DNA of 57,130 nt, filler included, from Sphacelaria rigidula (lineage: Eukaryota), in the NCBI GenBank assembly GCA_964200075.2. It is 8 parts of 8 records of this genome, joined end to end, with 100 filler letters (N's around TTAATTAATTAA, not from the genome) between each part and the next. Parts side by side here need not be neighbours in the genome. Positions count along the whole stretch, not along the records: positions 35,771 to 42,824 come from CAXNAA020016740.1; positions 42,925 to 49,977 come from CAXNAA020016741.1; positions 50,078 to 57,130 come from CAXNAA020016742.1; 5 more parts are not named here. One strand, given 5' to 3'. The stretch's first letter is position 1. Every line of letters starts with the position of its first letter. The notes beneath the pieces are model-generated. The model ran no database searches. It was not told the origin of the DNA and saw nothing but the letters and a program-made list of their open reading frames with translations. The translations under genes and the position numbers were made by a program. Shown in pieces: positions 39,915 through 50,758 of this stretch.

Positions 39915-42226
39915 GGTGTGCGCCCTTGTGGTCTACAGCTGTCATGTAAACGCATCCTGGTGTCTGTGTGCTGTTTGGTGGTGCGAAGCAAGGAGCCCTC
40001 AACAACTCCCCCCGCTTCAGGGGGGCTTATGCCATCCCGCTCTCTACAACACTTTCCCAGAACAATCGGTCAAACGATATGTCTCGTTTTTGGATGTTGG
40101 ATACAAAATGTATCGAACGGAATATGAACCGAAATCGATGCTAATAAAAAAATTATCAGGATACAGCTTCACCTCCAGGTGGGCGAGCTTCGGCGACCGT
40201 TAGCCAGTTTAGTGCATTATTCCACCAACCCGAACTATCAATGACCGACCCTCTTCTTTCCAGGCCTACTGCTCAACCTAGATATTTCCTGGAAACTCGC
40301 ATGGTTGATCTGAAAGGCATTTGCTGACGATCAGGGAACCTGCACGCCCCCCCTCCCCGTGAACAATATAAGAACCCCTGGATAGTCAGCCCGTAAACCG
40401 CTTCCGTCCCAGCAGTACCTTCAGTGCCTGCTGTGTAGTACCAGTGAGGAAGAGGAAAGCAACGGCAGTGGAGATCCTTGCTGTCGCAACAAGAAAGCGC
40501 CAGCCTGCCTGTTGCTGCTGTCGAAGAAGGCCGTTGATACTGCTCCCCCCCATAGCCTGCGACACAGGACACGGGACGGATTGGGGGAGAAGAGCTGCGT
40601 TCTGTTTGGTGACAACATGGTCACGTCAGTGCAGCCAAGCTTCGCCGTGCAGGCTGTTTTACTTGGGCCTGCGGCTTTCAAGAGCTGATCAAGACAGGAG
40701 AAAAGACCACCAGAAAGAAGCGACGAAGCTTGGCTTTGGGTACAGATGAGGAACAGCAAAGTCGACGGGTCTGCACGATCGGTGTTCCTTGCGGCCCTGG
40801 ACAGTCGGAGACAGGTCTGACAATGTCAGAAAGGATTACTGAAACGCGTGGCACGACACAACCGAACCCGAGCAAACATGCCCGGACAGACGCAGCACAA
40901 GCGCGCTACGCCTAGGCCTAGTACTACCCCTTGCTCATATACACATGACATTTCTTCCCCAGCAATCCGTTCGGCATCCGAAGAGGGGAGGTGGTGTGTG
41001 GTGTGTGGTGTGTGTGTCACAAACTTTGCTCAGGATGAAGTTGTTCATCGTTCGTGGGTGTGTGCTTTACGGCGCCCGTCTGACAGAAGTAGTCCTTCGT
41101 CACATACAAATAATTGTTTCTCATTGGAATTTGCAAAATATTCGGTCAAGAGTAGGCACAAAGTGCTCAGCTGACGAGCAGCTGCGACTCAGGGTGCGGG
41201 TTTCTGTGTGCGGGGGCGACGAGTTCTTCAGGTTTTTGTGTGGGATTCGAGGGACACTTTTGACAACAGGGCGCTGGAACCACATGTGCTCAGAAGCGCC
41301 ATATTGAGCACAGCAACGCACACTTGGCCCATGAAAGTGTAATACACTCAATCCTTTTGCTTGTCAGAACGTTTGAATGTCAATGATATCAAACGATGGT
41401 ACAACTGGCGACGGTTCAACGCATGCAACTGTTTCCTTAGTTGAAGACAAGGTATATGTGCAGATCAGCAAGTACGTTGAGCTGCGAGTTGGTTGGAGGT
41501 AAAGGCCTTGGGTCGCGGAAGGTTCAACGCGCAGCTCTCTAGTGACAAGGGTTTTTGTTTGAGAGAGGTTGCAGCTTGGGCTCACCCCCAAATCTGTCCC
41601 TCTCTTAACCTACTCATTGTCAGCTCTGACGTGTAAGAACAGACTGAGCATGTTATTCCGTGCTTACCATGTAAGCGTCTGTGAAACGTCTTCTTTGCCT
41701 TTCATGCACGGAGCAAGGGAGCTTTCTCGCCACTGTGTACCATCTGCGAGCTCGTGTTATCGAGACAGTTGAGCACTCAAGCCTCTCTATTTCAAAGTGC
41801 ATAAAGTCACGGTATTTCGAAGAGGTTACGAGCCTCCCAAGAGGTTACGAGCCTACGGTTGCAAGAGTTAATTAGTTTCCAAACGTAATCACATTAGCCA
41901 GCACGAGCGAGAGGATGTCTCAAGAAGGTCGTCACAGAAAGAAGGACAAGAAAAAGAACGTTTCATCAAGGTTATCATGGCAGTTTGGAGAAGAAGTGAC
42001 ATGTGTCAATGCGTACACAGTGTCAAAGACGTGTCGTTTGGGAGACACACCTGTGACACAGCTTATGAAGAGCATTAAACATTCGGCAGTACAAGATTTC
42101 TGGAATTGAAGCGTTTGACGCACGCCGTGATTCCACCCACTCATCCGGAAAGTTGAGTACTAATCATCGGGGGAAAATGCCCTGCGATAGTGTATGAGCG
42201 TGAAAGTCAACTCGATGTATGAAATC

Positions 42227-42458
42227 TGTAATGCGTGAGAGGGCCTCGTGCTTAGAGGGCCTCGCGCTTAGAGGACCGCGTCATAGTTCGAAACACCTCA
42301 GCATCGATGTTTTTCAAATTCAATCGAGCCAGTCCCTGTAGGGGCCACGCCCCTGGCTCTAACCCCAACACTAACCCCAACCCTAACCTAACCCTAACCA
42401 TAGTGGTTTTCGAACTCAGATGCGGTCCTATAAGCACGCGGCCCTTTCCCGCTTTACA
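42227..42458. mobile_element. Same telomere-repeat MITE family
   Basis: TGTAATGCGTGAGAGG ... CTTTACA with (CCCTAA)n at about 42359-42400. Confidence 0.8.
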
Positions 42459-45077
42459 ACCTCCACCGACTACTATAATAGACAATTCCGCAACAAGAAG
42501 CCCTATCGGGACAAATACCCGAGGTCGACAGCCCCCGTTCGGTAGAGTCAGCGACAGAGGTAGCAGCGGCAACTGGAATAGCTGCATCGACTGGGGATGC
42601 GACGACAGCCGAAGTAACTGCTACATCTGAGGAACTACTAAATCTTGCGGTGGAGTGACGGAAAGCGCGGTAACCTGAGTCAGAAACCTCTTGAACCCAC
42701 GAAATCGACCATCACGACCGCTACAAAGTACAGTTGTTCAGGATTAAATGCTTGACCACTAGAGTCATCCTACGATAGGGGGGGGGGAATTTTGGGCCAG
42801 TGGTTGGACGAAATTTAGAGACAGNNNNNNNNNNNNNNNNNNNNNNNNNNNNNNNNNNNNNNNNNNNNTTAATTAATTAANNNNNNNNNNNNNNNNNNNN
42901 NNNNNNNNNNNNNNNNNNNNNNNNCCATGATGTTGTCTGCTCCCGTACACGCCACTCTCTCTGCCTTGGGTTCTCCGTGCCTCTCTGGGTACACGGAGCG
43001 GCAGCTCTTCTCCCTTCATACGTTGTTGGTGCGCATCATACATGAATGGGAAGTTAGCGAGCATTACGTTTTGAGCTTTGAAATAATTAACACAGATCAT
43101 TGTTTCCTGTTCGAGCTGGCAGTGGCAAGTCACGCAGACGCGACCACGCGATGGGCAGCGACAGATGAGAGAGAGTGCGCCATCATGTAACTGTTGTACT
43201 GCTGACTATATTCTGCGTTGTTGGTGGTGCTGGCTCCGATTGAAAGTGTGATCCAAGTCACCACGGTCGGGGTGGTCATGCGTCACAGGTTAGCCGCACG
43301 TGTTTTGCCATTATCGGAGGGTGCAGATGGTGCACCCGGGTGCGCATGTATTCTTCTTTCTTCCAGGTGTAAACACGTTACACGTGACCCTTGAACGTGA
43401 CACATTCGAAAAAACGTAACTTCGCAAGGTTTGTTTTTTTGGATGGGACAAATGTAACGTAAAGTTATGTAACGTGCAATCCTTCGAATTAACCCTCACG
43501 TAGCGTTTGAATTTCCAAACGTGACGAAAACTCTGCTTGCTTTCGTGAATTCGTGAGGTTTCACGTGTCACGTTACAAATTCACAAAAACAGGTTTTTTG
43601 TAGATCTAGAAAATTCTAAGAGACACTGCTGCAAGTCCACACGTTACATCACGTTACGTTACATTTTCCCCCTCCAAGAAATCAAGCCTTACGTAGCTTT
43701 GAATGGCCCAAAGTTACGTTTTCCCCTGTTTTTTCAAATGTGTCACGTGTGTAACGTGTATATCCCTGATATTTCTCGGAAGCATTCCTTTGTAATGACT
43801 CAAAACGCCTGCTCTACGGTGGAAGGGACCGGGAGTGCCTAACAGGTACATAGTTGCGTCATGAAACAGACGGTGGTGTCGTTGTCGACCATCTGTTTAC
43901 TACGCCTCATGTTTTTGCTGTGCAGTCTGTAGTGTATCGTGCCGCGGCTGCACGTGCGGTGTGCAGCGCACTAGATATTACAGTGTTAAACGTGCGGGGT
44001 GCACGCAGCATGCGTTCGGATATCGCACCACGACTACCGCCGCGAACGCCCCTGACTGCCGTAGAGCAATTGCTCGGCGATGGCGGTCGCCTCGCCGTCG
44101 AAGTACTTGTCTACATCTACGTGCGTCGGGTACTCGTGGCCGCGGCTCGCGTGTTGCGCTATGGCGTTCGATACCACATGGGGGTGAGGAGGTAGTACGA
44201 CGCTCAGGCAGTACTGAATAGACAGACACAACAGTGTACTGAAGATGCTCAATCACCTGTGTTGGTCATGTGATCTATGGTTGATCACGAATGATCAAAA
44301 TGGGTTAGGCTGGGTCTCATCAGGGCGTGTCTCAGCACCTTTTTTTTCGATCGAAAAAGTGCGATCGAAAAGAAAGAGCCCTATCTGATAGGTCCACCGC
44401 ATTTATGTTCCTCGAAGGCTTATACTCAAAATTATAATCAGCGGCGCGCAGAGAAGAATGCCATGAGTGGAAAAAACATATTTGTTTCGATCGAAAACAT
44501 GCAGTCGAAAGGCACGAAGCGGCACTTGACACTTGACCCTTATCTTACGGACCACCACGCCAAATGACACCCGTTCACAGGACCATGCAAACTCCATCCA
44601 ACTCATTCTCAGCTACGACCGCAACCGTGCAGGATAGAGCACGACTTGAGCACAGGGATAGATACACGAAGGTGGTTGGGTAGTGCTTTGTTTATTTTTT
44701 GTGGGCGAAAGCTTGCGCATTCTCTCATGGTAGTCATCAGAGACGGAAGTGCGTGCGGTACGGTGGGCAACCGAGTTGCGTGCACGCTCGTGGACAGTGC
44801 AGGCAGTACAAAGCTACACGTTGCTGAAGTTATTTTCAAGTCGCGTTGTAAGCAGCGATGAGTGATAGTCCCGGGCTCTCTACACTGCTCATTTTCCGCT
44901 TCACCTCTATCTTATCCCGCACAAAGCACGCACACACGCACTCAAGACACCCTACTTGCGAGCAGTGCAAACAGTACAGACCATGTACCGTTTCACGATT
45001 TTCACTGTCTTTTTTCGATCGAAAGCATGGAAATTTATACGGACCAAACGGCATTAAAACGAGAATTTTTCACTTAA

Positions 45078-45179
45078 CCCTCAGACCGCGAGATTTATTA
45101 CTCTTTCTGGATCATGCATACCTTTTTTCACTTGAAATTGATACCGATTTAACAGAAGACTAACCTCGCCGTCTAAGGG
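45078..45179. mobile_element. About 100-bp TTAA MITE
   Basis: TTAA|CCCTCAGAC ... GTCTAAGGG|TTAA. Confidence 0.75.
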
Positions 45180-45227
45180 TTAACTCAACTCCACGGCTCG
45201 TTTTTTCGATCGAAAAACAAAGTGCTG

Positions 45228-46574
45228 AGACCCACTTTTATGGCAAGCGAATCCCGATTGTTTAGGACCCCAATTTAGAAAAAATCGGGAGGACTCAAAT
45301 CGTAAACTCAAAATCGGGGGGACCATTTTATGGCGCAGACGGTACAGTATCACAGATTTGTGAAACGGTTATGTACACAGACGGTCATTTTTTGCATGAG
45401 TATGGTACTACGTTCTCGTGCATGAAGCCGAACAGCAGGCAGGCGGTAAACAATCCGTCGCGTACAGTGTCTTACCTTGATACCCTAGGGTATGTAGGAC
45501 ACTTCATCAGTACAGTACATGATAATGCCTTGTGGTAGTGCATGATGGCACAGTCGGTTTGCGAGAACAGAGAACAAACAGTGCGCGAGCAGAGTTCAGA
45601 AGTGCAGTGCCGCATATCACCCCTCACGCACAGCGACAGCAGCTAGGAGAGTGCAGTAGCGTTCGTGATGGTGATACATATTTGTCCCCCGACCCACTTT
45701 TCGGGCAAGCACGAATCATGATTTTTTCAAAATCGGGGGGACAAAAAACCGGGGCACGCATTATATAGACACTGATTTGGACCACATCGGGGCCGAAAAA
45801 ATCGAGGGGTCACGATATCGGAACGGTGTTCCCCCATTTTTCGAAAAAAATCGAGAGAAAACCGTTCCGATATCGTGACTCTCCCGATTTTTTCGAGGTG
45901 ACGTACGTGCGTTGACATCCACTCTCAGAGTACGAGGCGTTTGATATTTTGCAACGGCAGCAAAGACAGTTTCGTGACAGCACAGGGCGTGCGTACTGCC
46001 GCCCCCAGCTGCTGAAGCAACTTCGCACGGGGTTTGACAAGCGGATCATAAGTGCTGACGCCATACCCTACGGCGATAGTAATGTTTTCGTGTATCCTGC
46101 GCTGCGCTGCCATATGTATCACTATACTGTATCGAACGCTACTGTACTCTCCTACCTGTTGTCGCTATGCTTGAGGGGTGATGTGCGGCACTGCACTTTT
46201 GAACTCTGCTCGCGCACTGTTTGTTCTCTGTTCTCGCAATACTGACTGTTCCATCATGTTGTACTACCACAAGGCATCATCATGACTGATGAAGTGTCCT
46301 ACACTGTATTACCGTAGGGCATGAAGGTACGACACTGTACTCGAAGTATCGTTTACCGCCTGCCTGCTCTTCGGCTTCACGCACGAGAACGCACTCATGC
46401 AAAAAATGACTGTCTGCGTACAGAACCGTTTCACAAATCTATGATGATAATGTACTGTACTTTCTGTGCCATAAAATGGTCCCCCCGATATTGAGTTCAC
46501 GATTTTGAGTCCCCCCGATCTTTTTTAATCGGGGTCCCAAGATGTCGAGATTCGTTTGCCATAAACGTGGGTCT
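45228..46574. mobile_element. Long-TIR element (about 400-bp arms)
   Basis: AGACCCACTTTTATGGCAAGCGAATC ... GATTCGTTTGCCATAAACGTGGGTCT; arms at about 45228-45630 and 46165-46574. Confidence 0.85.
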
Positions 46575-46741
46575 ATAAGAGACGCCCTCAGAAGTGATTA
46601 TCACATTGCAGAATTCACCTTTGGAGAAGTGATTGCCCCCACAACGACCAGCGCTGCGTCTATCGACAAGCACTTTTGTTCAGATCGAAGCCCATATCTG
46701 CGCACAGTTATAAAATGCGGTGGTTCTGGAAGTCGGCGTTA

Positions 46742-47215
46742 GGCCGGATGTTATGGCAAACAGATTTTTGGCCCACGGACTGTTCACTTTTGGGACATTT
46801 GAGCCTCTTTTCGAACCCCAAACAGGGGAAATCGCCAACAACACACGTCTTAGACACTTTGCATCACCCCACAGGGAGGAGCTTAGCCCACTTTTTAGAT
46901 TCCCTTGGCTCCGAGGTTTCGAGATCGGTCGCTGAACAGAAATTCGTGCGCAAAAATCTGTGCTTGCAGTTTGGTCAAACTGGCGGGGGTCGGCAAGCAC
47001 AGATTTTGGCGCATGAATTTTTGTTCAGCGACCGATCTCGAAACCTCCGAGCCGAGGTAATCTAAAAAGTGGGCTAAGCTCCTCTCTGTGGGGTGATGCA
47101 AAGTGTCCAAGACATGTGTCGGCCATTTTCTTGGCTTGGGGTTCAAAAGGTGGGTCAAACGTTCCAAAGGAGAACAATCCGTGGGCCAAAAATCTGTTTG
47201 CCATAACCTCCGGAC
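46742..47215. mobile_element. Near-perfect foldback MITE (474 bp)
   Basis: Arms of about 225 bp pair through to a short centre near 46968-46991; flanks TTA / TCA. Confidence 0.85.
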
Positions 47216-47363
47216 TCAGTCCAATATGTCTGTAGTGTGAGGACAGGACGAAAAGAGGTCGTACAGCGCCGACACACCTAGCCACGAAAACCGACGCATA
47301 GACACCCACCACTCACGAGTGAGTGTGGGTCCAGGGATATTTTTTTCACCCGCTCTTGCTTAA

Positions 47364-47464
47364 CCCTTAGACCGCGAAGTTACTCTTCTGTTGAATCGGC
47401 ATCAGTTTCAAGTGCACATAAGCATGCATGATCCAGAAAGACCAATCTCGTAGTCTAATAAGGG
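47364..47464. mobile_element. About 100-bp TTAA MITE, related to 45078-45179
   Basis: TTAA|CCCTTAGACCGCGA ... AAGGG|TTAA. Confidence 0.7.
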
Positions 47465-48003
47465 TTAATTTGTATGCATATCCTAGCACACCCCGTGATT
47501 CGCGTTGACGGGTGCCCTCACAAAGCATACGCACATACGGAAGGGCAACGTGGCGCATCACTCGGCGACAAAACTCATCTTGTAATATCGCGAAGTGTTC
47601 ATGCAACACAAACAGCTGGATGCACAGAGAGAACATCGACGTACTACAGCAATTCGCATATCTCGGAACTCTGCGCCTGCGCACATCGAAATCAACGTCA
47701 GTGTTGTGGTTCAAACGGTATTTCAGAAGGTGCTAGCGACGACGTTGGGAACCGTACCGGGTAATTTTTTCGCCGTAATCATAGCGCATATACCACAGCA
47801 GCACTCGTGGACTGGTCACACGACAGCATGGTCTGGCTTGCGACAAGGCAAACTGCACGCATCATCCGGCCGCAGATGCGGTTCGGCTGCTCGCGTTTTT
47901 TTTCATTTGATACGTGATTTCACACACAGAGCACGCAGCTAGCACAGATGTGCTCGCACCTATGCCTCAGGGTGTGTACGGATTGATAGCAGCGGCAGCG
48001 CCG

Positions 48004-48251
48004 GACACGTTCTACGATAGCCCCCCCCCGAAACCAGCTAAAAGTGTCGCAAAAAAAATGGCCATAAAGCGCCTGATGTTCAGGTCCAGGCTGCATGAAG
48101 TGCCTCATATTGGTGACATTGGCTAGAAAGAACCCAAGCGTGGGAATTTCCAGCTTCTCGCTGTGCTCGGCTTTTCCCATCTCGATTTACGTGGAAATTT
48201 TGGCTCCCAAAACCATGGACTTTTGGGGGGGGGGCTATCGTAGAAAGTGTC
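48004..48251. mobile_element. MITE with 4-bp TSD (GCCG)
   Basis: GCCG|GACACGTTCTACGATAGCCCCCC ... GGGGGGCTATCGTAGAAAGTGTC|GCCG. One end of another copy is at 21463-21516. Confidence 0.75.
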
Positions 48252-49885
48252 GCCGCGTCACTCAAACATCAAAGCAGCGGAGCATATCTCTTTTGTTTCG
48301 ACACACTGAAAAAATATGCCCTTGTTGTACTTCCACAAAAAAAGCATGGGTCGGAGAAAATGGTTGAAATTAAAACATACTCGTTCTAGTGTTAGTCGGG
48401 GCGATGGATGAAACCGCCAACAGATACAGGTGAGCAGTGGTGAGCAGTAGACCCAGCTTATCCACAACGTGTTTTGTTTCAAAATCGGCTGAATGGCATC
48501 TATTTGAGCTCTGAAAACGCACACTGTGCCTAAGGAGCACTTTGCACCCCCCTCGCCCGAGGGTTCTCGGTATGTCTTCGTCGTGGTCAGGGTTAGGGTT
48601 CGAGGTATGTAGGAGGCACCTCATTATTCGCGTCAAGCATTTTTTCCGACCAGTTGGTAAAGAGGCCTCCTTGTGGGCGCCAAATTACCCCCATGGTTGC
48701 GCAGAAATCCGTTAAAGTTTGCACACACCACGTCTTCAAAGGACGCGCCTACGTTTCGACATGAAGAACTACCCTATTATCACAGCAGGCCGCGCATCTC
48801 TGTTCTCTACGCCTTCATGTCGCGAAAATAGCGGCAGCCTTCTCCTCTACGCGCGATATCCGCAGAGGCATAGGACTACGACAATCCAAACGTCAACAAG
48901 TAGTGTTATGTATTCATGCAGTGCGTGCAGAAGCATCAACAAACGAAACCATCCAGCGTCGAGGATATGTCCTTCACGATTCGGCACCAATTCCAGTTTA
49001 AAAGAGCATGTGCATGATGCCGATTCCCCTATTTCATAACCCCGGATCGTGAAGACAAAAATTCTTACCCAGAAACAGGAGTCCAGGACGTGGGCCCACT
49101 CGAGTGGTTCCCCTTCATTGTTGAGAAGCCTCTCGTAGTTGGAGCTGATTTCGGAAGCCATCTTCACCTATGGTGCGTTTGACCGAGAGAAGATGGCAGA
49201 TGCAGGGGACCAAACGCTGGAAATATCGGCACAACGCCCATGCATGGGGATAAACGTTTGGAGTGAAATGTGAAATTCAACCGAGCAACGACCCTCCAGA
49301 GAGGAATCGGCGGAATATAGCGCCAATGAAATGCGACCTTCGCAGTTAATGTTTTCGTGAAAAATGCTTGTGATTGGCTCGCAGGCTCCAGTAACACCTG
49401 TAGTGTACGCCGAGATGGATATAACAGCAGCAGAGAAACGGAGCTGCAACGAGACAAGCAGACAGCGAGTGGTACATTGCCGCCGCAGTGGGTCGTTGCG
49501 ACGCTCGTGTAGTAGTATATCCCCATCTTAGTACTCGTATGGCTCGTTATATCTTTTCATGGCCGCGAGCGCTGGCGCCGATGCGAACGACAGAAGCCGC
49601 CACGCCGACGGGTGCAATCAGTGCCGTGGCGGTGCAGTATATCGGCACTGTACTGTGCGTTGCTCCTTTCACTGGAGCATGGGGTCTGCTCCAGCCGGTC
49701 GAGCGGTGTACACTGCTTCTGGTTGTGTGCCTTTATCCGGTCATGTTCGGTATCGCGCGGGTGATGGGTCCGGGTAACATGAACGTTTCAACAGACAGTC
49801 AAGTGTGTAGAAAGCACTGCGTCCCGAGTGATACAGCTATAGATGACAAACAGACGAACACAACAATACAGCACATCAATCAATG

Positions 49886-49977
49886 ACCGGTCGCGCCGGT
49901 GGCTCAGTTGGTAACCCCGTAACCTTCTGATGGTTGAGTTGGGGGGTTCGATCCCCGGAGCGATCTGGAATCTTTTC
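49886..49977 (+). mobile_element. tRNA-derived SINE head (Pol III A and B boxes)
   Basis: A box TGGCTCAGTTGG and B box GGTTCGATCCC, but no proper D-stem. A second copy is at 35607. Both sit at contig ends. Confidence 0.7.
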
Positions 49978-50566
49978 NNNNNNNNNNNNNNNNNNNNNNN
50001 NNNNNNNNNNNNNNNNNNNNNTTAATTAATTAANNNNNNNNNNNNNNNNNNNNNNNNNNNNNNNNNNNNNNNNNNNNAATATAAATATAGTATGTATAAT
50101 AATATAGAGCGAGCAGGGAGAAGAGGGGTGGGGGGGGGGGGGGGGGGGGGGGTACAAGATGCTACCGCTGTGATACAACATTCCGGGAACATTCAACACA
50201 TGAAAAACACATGCAATGTCGATGCTTTTTTCTGCACATGCGCGGCAGATCTAGCTGGTCATCCCTGTACCAAGCGGGCTAATTCTAGTGTCCATTACAC
50301 AGAATGCTCTGTTCTGTGCAGATCGCATGCAATGCTACCAGCGTCTGAACAACGCATCATTCCATTGTTATGTATATGTGTTGCTCTCTCGCACAGGCAT
50401 CCCACCTTCTGAACATGGAGCTATTCGACCTTCAGCATTTCCGCACTTGTATAGTTCATTAACACTAGGAATTCTACGGAGGTAAGCCCATCAAGGCCGA
50501 CTCACGTGCCATGAAAAAGCACGTTGAAAAAGTTCCAAAAAACGCCTCATTCGTTCCTCTCCTCAC

Positions 50567-50758
50567 CTGCGCGGCACTAGACGGCTCTCGGGCCAACATA
50601 GCTCCTAAGGCCAGCAGTATCTGGCTCTTCTCCTCGTCTTCCTTGCTTTTGGATTTTTCTCCAGACACGACCGAGGAAGACGTCGGCTCCGATTGGTCGG
50701 ATTGGTCGAGTTGATCTGATTGCATCACAGCGGCCGCGTCTCGCAATGCCTGCATCGC
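50567..50758 (-). CDS. TPR protein exon 5 (AMQALRD...SSAAQ)
   Basis: Acceptor ATACAG|GCG, 64 codons, donor CAG|GTGAGG. Confidence 0.7.

Larger units (their letters stand above)
44323..46587. mobile_element. Non-autonomous TIR element with TCA TSD (PIF/Harbinger-like), carrying nested elements
   Basis: TCA|GGGCGTGTCTCAGCAC ... GTGCTGA[insert]..GAGACGCCC|TCA, with repeated TTTTTCGATCGAAAAA palindromes. A related short copy lies near 29490-29690. Confidence 0.6.

Noticed and set aside
7055..50077. Regularly spaced TTAATTAATTAA palindromes about every 7154 bp
   Set aside because: They are artificial spacers embedded in N runs with stops in all frames. No biological periodicity or cross-contig synteny can be inferred.
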